Origin: Basidiobolus meristosporus CBS 931.73
Taxonomy: Eukaryota > Fungi > Basidiobolomycota
Reading direction: 5' to 3'
DNA: 64,000 nt
NCBI GenBank assembly: GCA_002104905.1
Contig: MCFE01000483.1
Location: forward strand, 4,108 to 68,107
Shown here: piece by piece, positions 48,373 to 60,600 of the stretch
Layout: each line of letters starts with the position of its first letter
How positions within the stretch are numbered: the first letter of the stretch is position 1
Notes under the pieces: model-generated
Databases searched by the model: none
Seen by the model: only the letters and a program-made list of their open reading frames with translations
Told to the model about the DNA's origin: nothing
Program-made: the position numbers and the translations under genes

Positions 48373-49280
48373 TAGTGTCGCCGTTAAGATCTCTCTTAGC
48401 ACTGGGCTAAATCCCCCCGCTTATTCAGCCGTGTGTGCTGCGGCCTGTGTGCTATATCTCATTTCCTAATGGTTTGAGTAAAGCAGATGAATCAGCCAAT
48501 CGTTCGATTATGCTATACATTCAACTGGATAGAATACGATTGCGTATACAAAGGTCTAACTTGCGATATTGAGGATATGACTGGCATAATGATGACATAT
48601 GCGGTCAGCCTATGTGTAGGGCAGATGCATTGAGATCAACACATTGTGCGCTATATCCAGCAACCAGCATCTGGCACTCAATATCCATTTATCCAGTGTG
48701 ATCTTTATTTATGCAGCATTTGGGTCCTCTAGTGTGCATGTCTTTGTGATTGATTTACGCAATCATTTTCACGATCACTTATATTGAATCAACGCTATTT
48801 TGTTGATCACGATACCTTTTGCTCTGACCTATCCATTTACAGGCGATCCAAGTACATAGCAACTATAGTCTGTTACCTGCTTGAACAAGATTTACTTCTA
48901 CCACCTTCTCAATGGTTAACTATCCACCAAGGCATGTCCGTGGTTCTTGCTGTTATGAGTCTTGTATGCATCTGTGTTTCGCAAGTCTAGACTAGCTTGC
49001 GTCAGAACCAAGCACTGAGTGAGCAAACGACATTAGGCTCGTGCTATGCTGGTATATTGTTTGCTCGGGCGAATCTGAAATATGCCGCGTTGGTAACTCG
49101 CTCATCTGGATTCCCTCGGATGAAACATGAATGGTGTATTTTAATCATAGCATTGAACCAAAAATGCCATCCCAGCCCATTAGAGGCAAAGGGTAACCTG
49201 TTTTCATGTCACATGATAGTTGCGTTGTCACTCTTTATAAGTTTTGCAGCCTCCCAGAGATAATAAACGTATTCCTGACA

Positions 49281-50304
49281 ATGAGCAACCACGATTCTTC
49301 AAAAAACAACAAACCAGATAATGGACCCACAGACGAGCAAATTTTAGAATATGAACAGTCTATCCGCGACAACCAGGCCAAAACAGTTCCTTTGGTTAAT
49401 GTCGACGAGGACATCTTGCAGCTCTTGGCGGAATACGCAGCAGGCTCCAAAATCTTTCAAACCAAGATCCAGGTAAATAGCACAATCCAGCATATTTCGT
49501 ACTGGTCTATAATTCAGGAATTGAACAGCCTTTCTCATGGATAATAGAAACTGAGCGCTGAGTATGATCGCATACGCCGCTGTCGTGGCGATGGTAAGTA
49601 TTTATGGACATATTATTATGCCGATAATTTGCTAACACTTTCCAACTAGGCAATTGTTTTTTTCGAGGTAAGTAAATATTTGGGCAGATGGGCGTACCTC
49701 GATTTGACTGAAGAAATAACATGCCTGCTGGTACATTATAGCCTTCGCTTATAGCTGGTATGAAAACATTATGCTGGCGAATGACCCTGACCTACTGAAC
49801 GAAGCACGTCAATTGTTACTGAAGACCTCGGATCTACTGAAGGACGCCAACTTCGAACCTCTAGCCTATGAGGACTTCTATGATGTAGCCCTAGAGACTC
49901 TGGACTCTCTTCCACAGCAGAACTCCTCAACTTTGCTTTCCATATTCCAGACTGATCATATTTCCAACGCGATTGTGGTGCACTTTCGCTTTATCACTTC
50001 GGCGTATTTGAAATTACATGCGGAAGAATACCTCCCCTTCATTGATTATGCTGGAAGTATGGACCAGTTCTGCTCGCATTATGTGGAGGCGATGGGAATG
50101 GAGTCTGACCAAATTCATATTATTGCGTTAACGAAGGTTCTCGACACTCCAGTGCAAGTGGTCTACCTGGATGGATCTAACAACACCGATTCAGTTGTGT
50201 TCCACAACTTCGAAGTCGATCATACCGAGTCCGCACTCTCCAAAAGATCCCTGGTTTTACTCTATCGCCCAGGACATTATGATATTCTTTACAAGAAGCA
50301 GTGA
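49281..50304 (+). CDS. OTUB1: Otubain-type deubiquitinase (peptidase C65), 272 aa; exons 49281-49472, 49548-49593, 49650-49667, 49742-50304
   Basis: PTDEQILEYEQ..., IRRCRGDGNCFFRAF (catalytic Cys), ESDQIHIIAL, VVYLD, LLYRPGHYDILY (catalytic His). Confidence 0.92.
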
Positions 50305-50856
50305 CTTTCAAGGACCACGTGTTTGTTTACTCTGGGAACGGATTTCCCGGTACCCGCAAGCGAAATCGGTTTCCAGTGACTATATACCTCCAAAATGACA
50401 AATAAATACATATATCTTGAGAGCACCGTTATTATCTTCAACGGACCCCTTGTTTTTCATCCACGCCGCTCTTGTCATCAGCATCGGGAAGATTTCCCGA
50501 GAACCAACAGCATTCGCCGACGTAAGATGCGAATATTAGCGTGGTTGCCTCTTGGTTCAATTCACTTTATTCATACTTCACTTCAACAAAATGGTGGAGT
50601 TTCCATTGGGATCTTGCAGAATGGCACGGATGTGTAGACAAAGCAAAAACGATCCCTGGCTCGCCCCACTTCCAGCTGGATCCCTTCTGCACAGGCTACG
50701 GACATCCCTTAGGATCAAAGTACGAGTATAGTGTACCAGGCTAGGGACTTTTTTGATATTCACATGGCTCGCCCTGGTTCTACTCTATTGTTCGTGGTGC
50801 ACGTTTGCGCATCACATGATGAATTGGGGTAACGGGAAGGTATGTAAGTCACTAAG

Positions 50857-53007
50857 TCAAGGGAAGCTGGACTTCATATCTTCCGAGGTTGAATAGAACA
50901 TTGACCCGGTGGACTTGTCCGCTGATTCGCTCCTACTCAGAATTTCCGAGGCGGTAGAGGAATTCCTTTCTGGACTCGACTCGACATCGGATTTGATCAC
51001 ATCCGTTGACGCTTCAATATGGATGTTGGACTGGTCGAGCGATTTGGTTGGGCTAGGGGCAAAGGAGACGGTTTGGTTTTTACTTGTGTAGCCCGCCTTC
51101 TCTTCCACAGTTGGCTTATCGTTGGTATCACCTGAGGGTTGCCGTTGTTGCTCTGTTTTGGCGATGCTTCTTTTCTTTTTCGCAGACTCTTTCAACTGGT
51201 CCCAACGATCACGATACTTGTTGAGCATCATACTCTGAGGAATAGTCATTAGCCTGGTGTGGCAACATTCGTTGTGATCCATCCAGTTACCTGCTTTTCG
51301 TTCTCCAATTTCAGCAATCGAACCTCCTCTTCTAGCTCTTGGATCTTTTTCTGGGGTGTGATCGCGGTGTGTGCATTAGAACTCACTAACGATATGGTCA
51401 GTGTCATCATTGAGTTGAGAAAACGATCCGATACCAACCATATTGGCTTTCGCCTGTGCTGTATTTACTTCCATAAATACGACTCAGCTCTGGCGCTAAC
51501 CGTCCTTTCTTACCCTGCGGAGCGAGTTGTTACACAATGCATCAATGCTGCTCCAACTACCTTCACATACCTGCTTTTGGACGTCCTGCCTCAGCTGGAT
51601 GATGCTGCTCTTTAGCAGGGTATTTTCTTCTGCTGCCTAAATCAATACTCTTCATTACTTTCAAACAATCACAATGGCTGGTTTTGCAATACAGAGCACT
51701 GCCTTACTTTTTCTAAAGCGTTAACCTGTCGGGATAGAATATCGATCGCCTTTTTCAAGTGCTGATTTTCAATGGCATATTCTTCAATCGTCTTTGTGGA
51801 TCCGATAACCCTAGTAGCCGCCAAGGATTAGTACAGGGTGTGAATTCATGGTATTCGTGGAATGAATACTTCTGTCGGCTAGACTGCTTGCTCGCTCCCG
51901 GATGATTCCGCAGAAGACTCCTTGACGATTCGTAATCGCCTTCGACAGAATCTCTCTTGGTACTTTTCTGCTTACAGGATTGCTCCGGAACAATGATAAA
52001 GGAACCCAATGTTTCGTGCAGGTTCGAGGTCTCTGGAAGTTCTGAAACTAAGCCTAAATGAAAATGGACTAGTCACCACGCCCTGTAATGCGTATTCTTA
52101 CCCTCGTTCTTCTTTGCGTATTGGCCTCGAATTTCCTCGATATCAAACTTCTCCATCCCTTCCAGTGGTGCGGTAGCAAATGCTATAGGGTTTGATGTAT
52201 TTTGTATCAGAGCCTCTACAGCCTCCCAGAACCTGTCGAAGGGATCGGATTTATTCTCCTAGGGAAGTTTGGGGTGTTGGATTAGCATTCCTCTTTAACT
52301 ATCCACGAACTCACGTCCCTTCACACCTCATCTTGTAAATTACTCTTCAACACCAAGAAAGAATCGTCAAATACGTGAGAAGGCGATGTACTCGAGGAGT
52401 GTAGTTGCCCTAGCCGGAAAATTTAGTAATAGAAGCAGCTATAGGCAGGAATGAAGACACTGACCACTACGAAATCTAGTGGAATTCGAAATATATCTAG
52501 AAGAGAGGATATTTAAGGCTTTTGCAGTTGAGTTGGCCTTAGAAAAGCTCTCCTCGCCACCGTTGTCGGCAGAACTGCGCCTTTGCGAAGTATTTTTGTT
52601 GATTCTACGCTCCATTTCAAGCCCTTGCCTTTGATGCGCAGAAGAAAGAAGTTGAAGAGTACGAATGACCTGTACGATGGGAAAAGTTTAGCCTGATAGC
52701 CAGTAGCATTCGAAACACAAACCGTACTTCAGCTTCAGAGGTGAATTCTATTGCCATTTCGAAATGCTCTTTTGTGGATAACAGATTCGTTAACAACACG
52801 TCTTTAACTCGTAACACTTGGTTCACTTTTTACCAGCAGCATTGAAATGCTCCTTCATTGCTTCTTCCAGTAAACCTCTTGTCTCAAACTCCTCTGCCGC
52901 ATTGGCATGTTGATGAGCCTAAGGAGCAAACAAACCATCCATGAGTCTATGCATCTCCCAAAATCCAAACGAAAATATGGTACTTTGTTGATTGGACTTT
53001 CCTCCAT
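50857..53007 (-). CDS. ATG38: Atg38/NRBF2-like protein (N-terminal MIT domain, C-terminal coiled coil), multi-exon; some internal junctions unresolved
   Basis: Spliced N-terminus MEESPINK|AHQHANAAEEFETRGLLEEAMKEHFNAA|EHFEMAIEFTSEAE|VIRTLQLL resembles the NRBF2/Atg38 MIT domain. Later exons: DPFDRFWEAVE, GSFIIVP, KTIEEYAIENQHLKKAIDILSRQ, ENTLLKSSIIQLRQDVQKQ, KYRDRWDQLKESAKKKR. Confidence 0.72.
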
Positions 53008-53823
53008 GCCAAATATACGACTTAGTATCTCTCCTTCAAAGAATAAGTAAACTCACTTGCGTCAATTACGAGTGAAGCTGCTCTATTGAAATGGACCTAA
53101 TCCGCCGTTCGCACTTAAGTAGTGACTGTTAAGGACATTCTCTCACGTGAGTATGCTCACTGAATCAATCAATTCGTGCACCCCTGATATCCAATTCGTC
53201 AGGGATGGCGTAGTTGAAACGATCCAACCAATATTTGTTCGGAATTCATAATATTGGAAATGTCCTGAGCGGACCGAGTGGAAATCAAGGGAACCGGCCA
53301 CCCAATATCAAGCATACAGGCGAATTCCGAGGTACACAGGGAAGAATCGAGGTTGGATATAAAAAGCTGCATTGATCAGATTTCCCCAAAATGCCACTGG
53401 ATTTGCTTCGCATCTGCATCAAAGCTTACCGCTGCAGCCAACGCAGCAGTGAATATACCCCAAGGATCCGAGCTTCCTCAGAGCCGCCCACACTGCCCAG
53501 CTGGGATTCCCCGTTCTTGTATCTCGGATAGCCCACTTGAAGGAAGTGCAGCCTGCTCAAAGTGCCCGGTACCCAATGATCGGGACATTCCACATCTTAC
53601 ACCGGAACCAAGTAAATATCGGGACAATCAACCACATCCAAGAGCAATCGGTTCATGTTTATTTGAAGCTATATTTCAGTAAAGATTGAAACGACCTATA
53701 TCATCTATACGCATCCCAATCAGCCGATGCTACTTGACAAAATCGATAAAATAGGAAACCGTACATGAACAAATAAATAGAAATAAAGAAATCCTGTGCT
53801 GAACCATATGAACACGGGCCGAA

Positions 53824-54506
53824 TCAGCCCAAACCACCCCACACGCCACGAATACGTCTCGCAAGTTGAATATCTCTCTGCATGAGGGTGACGCGCTTGG
53901 CGTGAATAGCGCAGAGATTGCTAACCAGATCCACTTAGTACACGAACGATCGTCTCGATTCCCAACCAAAATAAAGTCCACTTACGCGTCTTCAAACAAG
54001 TGCACGAGGAACGCTTCGGTAGCTTCTTGAAGCGCCATGATGGCGTGACTCTGCCAGCGGAGGCCTACCTGGTCCTGGCTAAACTCACCCAGCACATACT
54101 CGGAAGCGATCTCCCTCACCTAAGAAAAAAACATTGCCTGGTTGATGAGTGCGCGTAGCAAAGCCAGAGGAAAGAATCGTAGGTACCAGACGGGCAAATG
54201 GGAGTTTACGAAGTAGAAGATCGGTGGTTTTTTGGTAGTGACGGATTTCGCGAAGTGCCACCGTACCCGGGCGATATCTTCTGGTTTTGGTGGTTCCGGG
54301 GGTTCTTGGATCTAAACGTGGGAATTGAGTGAAAAGAAAGGTGGTGTAGAAGGCTGGAAGCTATTACTCTTGGGTGGTGTACGCCTGGTCCCAGGGAGAG
54401 TTTTGGAGGTCGATTTGGTGGGCGTTTGGATGGATTTGGAGGAGAACTTTTTGGTGGATTTTGCAGCCAGCATAGGGCGCTGGTTGGTGTGTTTGGTTCT
54501 TGCCAT
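53824..54506 (-). CDS. CSE4: Centromeric histone H3 variant CenH3/CENP-A, 159 aa; exons 54506-54383, 54311-54187, 54119-53986, 53920-53824
   Basis: Divergent N-tail, [32 protein letters not shown]|VREIA, extended loop 1 ([18 protein letters not shown]), [16 protein letters not shown]|[32 protein letters not shown]. Exon lengths sum to 480 nt. Confidence 0.93.
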
Positions 54507-56085
54507 AGTGTAGACCTTAGGGTTCAAGGTGCACACCAGGAAATTTGGGGGGTTTGAATACGCGTGAAAAAAAAGGGAAGAAAACCGAAGGACTGGGGTG
54601 GTGGTGTATTCCACCAAGGTTGAAAGGTAAATGAAAGCGTCAAGGTAGAGTCCTCGAGGAGCTTTTAAATTGAGTGGATGGTGCTTCTTGCTGATGATTG
54701 GCCAGATGAGATCCTCATTTGCCAGACCGCCGTAACTGAACAGTTAGACTTCGATTTTCATCCGCACTGAAAATTAGCGCAGCCTATGACAGGATTGAAA
54801 TCTTCCTCTCTGGACGCGACATGAATCAGATCTCCGGATCCAAGGCGCTTTACGCGTCGCCATTCGCTGATGTGATCAAAACAATCCCAATTCGAATTCG
54901 AGCGACTTCAGGAGTTGAGGAGCAATTTACTGGTTTTAAGCTCGACGCATCACGAGTATCAACCGTGTCCACCCACTCCGATGTGACTGGAAACCAGTTG
55001 GCGCTGGACGGGCGATTTCCTTCCAGCCCTCAAAGGCAGTCCACTAAAGCACCGCAACCCTTGGTATACAACAGGCCTCGACGTGCGTGCATGGTGCAGT
55101 CCCGCAGGCATTCTCAGGAGATTGCTACATTCGAAACGCCCGCACATGTTCGCTCTGATACCAGAGGAAGTGGGCAGCGATTTTAGCAGTGGGAGTTGGC
55201 GCACACAATCATCGCAGTTCTTAGCGTGTTTGCTGGATGGGGAGTTGGCTGGTGTCCAAACCAATTTTATTCGGCCAGATGGCACTGGAAATTTCATGAA
55301 GGTGGTTGAAAATAATCCTGTTGGACCCGACACAAGTACTTATCTTGCCTATTGTTCTCAAGTGGTTTAGTGAGGCACCAACGCTCCATACGCTTGTTGC
55401 TACTTATGGTATAAGGTGGTTCGTAGCACGTTCTGTGGTGGTGGTACACAATCCTTTTCTGATAAGTATTGAGCAATACGTAACTTTGCTCCATACCTGG
55501 GATGAGATACCATCTCAAACCTACGAGAAATACTGCTTTTACTTGGTTCGACGCCTAATATCTTCCCATATAATAAGTCTCTACTTGGCGAATTCCTAAA
55601 TCGCAAGTTGACTAAAGATTCAGCCCACGAGAAATCCAATAATCTTTTGGATTAGTAAAACTCTTGAAGTGTTTAAACCAGTCCAAATTGATGCCTCGGT
55701 GTAGCTCCTAATGATCCATACAGATTAGATATTTAATGATGGTTGCAGATATTCTAACTACACCTTTGTCAAGGGAAACGTTTGTAGGGTTAAGGTTTAG
55801 CTTAGGACTGGTCAGTGTGATCAATTGGCCGAGAAGTAATGCAACTAATTGGTAGTATCTAATTATTTCCATGTGTTGGTTTAGTACTTCATAATGAAAT
55901 CACGATTCATTGACATGGAATTTGCTTGGTAAGATATTTGCTAATCCTTAGAGATAGTGGAAATACAGAGTTGCCAGATTTTCTATCTGACCCAAAAGAC
56001 CCCATACTCTGCATTCAACACCAAGGTGTGTTCCTCAAAGCAACCTTATTATTATACTTATAGTACACATGTAACAACTCAATAC

Positions 56086-56377
56086 TGTGGTAAATTTCGT
56101 AATTGCACCTAAATATTCACTCAATCTGGTCACTTCGATCATGGTCTACAAATCTCACAGAATTCTGGCCAGATTCCTTGTTGGAATTTACTTGGAATAT
56201 TGCACCAAACTATCAGGTACCCGGGATATGAACAATTGATGAGCTATCCAAGCAGCTCCAAACTTTGCACAAATGTTCATGGGACCTTGCTTAGCATATT
56301 CTGCATGCTTGTATTGCCAAGACCATGTAAAAGTATAAATACCACATTTACATTCAATGAATCACTGATTGAAAAAC
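56086..56377 (+). mobile_element. Old copia LTR, interrupted at GAAAAAC by the next LTR
   Basis: Starts TGTGGTAAATTTCG; collinear with the family LTR up to CATTCAATGAATCACTGATTGAAAAAC. Confidence 0.75.
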
Positions 56378-57020
56378 GGTGGTAAATTTAGTGATTACAC
56401 CCAAACATTCCCCTAACTTAGTCACTTGGATCATTACCTACATATCTTAGAGGAGCCTGACCAAATTCCTTGTTGGGATTTACTTGATATATCTTCACCA
56501 AAATATCAGGTACCCAGAACTTGAAAATTTTATAAGTTGTCCAAACTGTTGTAATTATTAAGCTGTCACCTAAATATTCATGCTAACTTAGTCACCTATA
56601 TATTACTCTGTGATTAGCATTCTGTCCTGACCAACTTTCTTGTTGGGATTTACCTAAAACACTTTCACCAAATTATCAGGTACCCAGATTATGATCTCTC
56701 AAAATTGTCCAAAAGCCCCCAAACTTTACACACATATTCCTGGGACCTTCCTTAACCAACTCTCCATGTTTGCTTGCTCTATCTTATCAAAAGTACAAAT
56801 TCCATACTTTTGATCAATTAATATACAAGTGAAAAACATGTATATCCTCTAGTTCTCCACATCACTTCCAATACTCCTCAGAGTATTGCAACACAAACAG
56901 CCCAGAACTCTGTACACATGCTCTTGGATTTTCCTAGATATACCCTCTGGGTTTGTTTGACCAAGACCCTGTGAAATTATAAATAATACTCTCACATTCA
57001 ATAAATCATTAGTTGAAAAC
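56378..57020 (+). mobile_element. Old copia LTR split by a nested solo LTR (pieces 56378-56546 and 56894-57020), interrupted at GAAAAC
   Basis: The two pieces join at duplicated CAAAC to restore GTTGTCCAAACAGCCC of the family LTR. Confidence 0.75.
56547..56893 (+). mobile_element. Solo LTR nested inside another LTR, TSD CAAAC
   Basis: TGTTG...GCAACA termini; CAAAC at 56542-56546 and 56894-56898. Confidence 0.85.
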
Positions 57021-57593
57021 TGCTGTAAGAGTCTTGGAAATTTTGGAAGTGACAGGGAGAACAAGGGGATTATGTGGTTTTCACTTATTGATTAATTGAA
57101 TGTAAAAGTAGTACTTGTACTTTTACATAGTGCTGGCATTATAAGCACATAGAATATGCTTTGAAGGGCCCAAAAACATATGTGCAAAATATGTGGCTGT
57201 TTGGATAGCTTTGAGAATCTTCTTGTTCTGGGTACCTAATATTTTGTTGTAAAAATTCGTATTTCCACCTAAATATTCACCTAACTTAGTCACTTAGATC
57301 ATTACCTTCAAATCCTAGAAAATACTGACCAAATTCCTTGTCGGGATTTACTTAGAATATTTTCACCAAAATACCAGGTACCCAGAATATGAAAATTCTC
57401 AAAGTTGTCCAAACAGCCCCAAGCTTTGCACACATGTTCTTGGGACCTTCCTTAACCTATTCTACGTGTTTGTAATGCCAAGACCAGGTAAAAGTATAAA
57501 TACTACTTTTACATTCAATAAATCATTAAGTGAAAACCACATAATCTACTTGTTCTCCCAATCACTTCCAATATCTCCAAGACTCTTACAACA

Positions 57594-57606
57594 GGTTATG
57601 AGCCCC
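57594..57606 (+). other. Primer-binding site GGTTATGAGCCCC (copia-type, internal initiator tRNA-Met fragment)
   Basis: Directly abuts the 5' LTR; one substitution from the Drosophila copia-type GGTTATGGGCCC. Repeated at 63686. Confidence 0.8.
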
Positions 57607-57624
57607 GAGCTGTCACTCTCTGCA

Positions 57625-60600
57625 ATGTCTACTACTGCTATTACTGGAATTTTTCCCTCTGCTGAAAAGTTGGATGGATCTAACTACCAAGTGTGGAAGG
57701 TGAAGATGAAGATGCTGCTACAAGAAAGAGGCCTTTGGGATATTGTCATGGGAGAAGAATGCCCTCCTAAAAACGTGGGAGAGGAAGCCTTGAAGTACCA
57801 GAAGAAAGAACAAAGTGCCTTTAACTGCATTTGCCTTAATGTCAAGGACAAATTACTAATTCAATGCTCAAGAGCAAAAACGGCAAAGAATGCCTGGAAG
57901 GCATTAGAAGACACCTACCAGTCATGTTCAGCTGCCAAGAAAATGTATCTGAGAAGAAAATTCTTTACTACAAAGATGCTGCCAGGAGAAGAAATGAAAA
58001 ATCTAATTAATAGAATTACCCTGCTGGTAGATGAGATGGAATCTGTGGGCATACCAACTACTGATGAGGATGTGATAGTTACCATCCTGAATAGCCTGAC
58101 AGACGAATTTCAGGGCCTTGTATCAGCCCTAGAGTCCAGAACTGAAGATTTGACCTTAAATTACGTATATGGAAGGCTCCTGGATGAAGAATTAAGAAAA
58201 TCAAGCGCCAATAAGAAGGAAGAAGAAAATGCTTTAATAAGCAATGATAACCAACAAAGGAGGTACCCAAGACCCTACAAAGGCAACAGCAACCTATTTT
58301 GCAACTACTGCAAAAGGAAAGGACACACATCAGACCGGTGTTTCAAAAAGAGAGATTATCAGCAAAAGAAGCCTGATTATGGAAATGCTGCAACAACTGA
58401 AGATAGACTATTCATATCTGCACTAAATATGACCACAAACAAGGATTCTCAGACGTGGTATATTGACTCTGGAGCTTCTCAGCACCTTACACACCAAAAA
58501 GAACTTTTTACCCAATATCAAGAAATTGCAATTAAGAAGATTTTCATGGGTGACAATAGAACACTTGATGCAGTGGGAGAAGGAACTATCCAAGTAAACC
58601 TAAGAAGCAGTGAAGGAAGCCATACACTGACCTTTCAAGAAGTACTCTATGTACCAGAAATAGCCAAGAACCTACTCTCTGTAAGCAAGGCCACAGCAGA
58701 AGGACTCAGTTTCAGTTTTGACAATTCTGGATGCAGAATCACTGATCAAAATGGTGCTCATATTGCTTTGGGCATCAGAGATCAGAATCTATACAAGTTG
58801 ACTTATATTCCATCATATCTGGAAGCCAATATAAGTAACTTAAATGAAGAAACACCAATGCTTTGGCATAGGAGATTTGGACACATCAATTTTGATTATT
58901 TGCGTAAAATGATCAAAGATCAGCTAATTTCTGGAGTAAAAATTGATCCCCCAGCTAATTTGGAGCACTGTGAAGCCTGCATATATGGGAAACAAGCCAG
59001 ACAACCGTTCAAGAGCTCTGGGTTAATCAAAACTAAGAAAAAATTAGATCTAATTCACTCAGATCTGTGTGGACCTATGCAAAATTTATCCTTGGGCGGG
59101 ATGAAGTATTTAATCACTTTTATTGATGATTATACAAGATACACATGGGTCTACTTCATGGAGAGAAAGGAAGAAGCTCTGTCTAAGTTCAGGGAGCTTA
59201 GAGCCATGGTGGAGAGAGAAACTGGTGAAAAAATCAAGAAAATATGCTCTGACAATGGTGGAGAATATACCTCAAAACTCTTCATCCACTTCTGCAAAAT
59301 TCATGGGATAAAGCAAGAGACTACTGTACTATACTCCCCACAGCAAAATGGAGTAGCAGAATGAGCTAACAGATCAATAATTGATATGGCAAGATCTATG
59401 ATCCATGATCAAAAATTATCCTATGATTTTTGGGCGGAATCAGTTGCCACTGCTGTATATCTTAAAAATAGGAGTTATAAGAGAATACTTCGTGATTCTA
59501 CTCCATTTGAAGCATGGTATGGATACAGACCAAGTGCAGAACATCTAAGAATATTTGGGTGTACAGCATATGCCAAAAAACTGGCCGGAAATCAGTCAAA
59601 ATTTGAGCCAAAAAGTGTAAAATACATATTTTTGGGCTACTGCAATGAGAGTAAGGCATACAGACTCTACAATACCAAAGCAAAGAAGCTGATCAAGTCC
59701 AGGGATGTGTTGTTTGATGAAAATTCAAAATTTTCACAAAAAATGACATCAGATGATGACAAAAATTTGATCTCAAGTCCACCAATTGTCAGGATTGAAT
59801 CAGAGCAAAACAATGAGAATTTTTTCACTCCAGAGGACTCTACAACCGTGGTTCAGCCAGAATTAGTGCCCAGGAATATCCCAGAAGTGATTATTCCAGT
59901 ATCAAATGCCCGGAGATCAAATCGGACAAGAAATAGCCCAAATTACTATATTAATGAGGGTACAAACTTAGCCTATGCCTATTCAGTCCATATTGATGAA
60001 CCCCAGACTGTAAAAGAGGCCCTAAATAGCCCTCAGACAAAGTTTTGGAGATCTGCAATGACTGAGGAATATCAGGCCTTGATGGAAAATCAAACTTGGG
60101 ACTTGGTCAAATTACCAATCAACCAAAAATCAATTGGATGCAGATGGGTCTTCAAGACAAAGTACAAGGCTGATGGTACAATTGAAAGATACAAAGCAAG
60201 ACTTGTAGCCAAAGGATACTCTCAAACAAAAGGACTTGACTATACTGAGACCTTTGCACCGGTAGCCAAGTTTAATTCCATCAGATTAATATTGGCTATT
60301 GCAGCCAAATATAAGTTTTTTATTCATCAAATGGATGTAAAAACTGCATTTTTGAATGGAGAACTTGATGAGGATGTGTATATGGACCAGCCTGATGGGT
60401 TTGTTGACCAAGATAACCCCCATTTGGTCTGCAAGCTTAAAAAGTCACTATATGGTCTCAAACAATCACCAAGAGCCTGGAATTGCAAGATAGATTCTTA
60501 TTTGGAATCTTTGAGTTTCAAAAGGAGTAATGCTGACTATAGTATATACTATAAGCCAGATAGAGCAAATCCAGTTCTATTAGCTCTATATGTGGATGAT

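Noticed and set aside
54821-55639. Several overlapping short ORFs between CenH3 and the LTR nest
   Set aside because: No transposase, RT or other motif recognised; possibly relic DNA.
55786-55806. TAGGGTTAAGGTTTAGCTTAGG telomere-like words
   Set aside because: Too short and degenerate for an interstitial telomeric array.
57466-57624. ORF-track extension MFVMPRPGKSINTTF... from the LTR into gag (also at 15115, 61783, 63557)
   Set aside because: Starts at a GTG inside the LTR and recurs in every LTR copy; incidental open frame. Gag more plausibly starts at the ATG at 57625.
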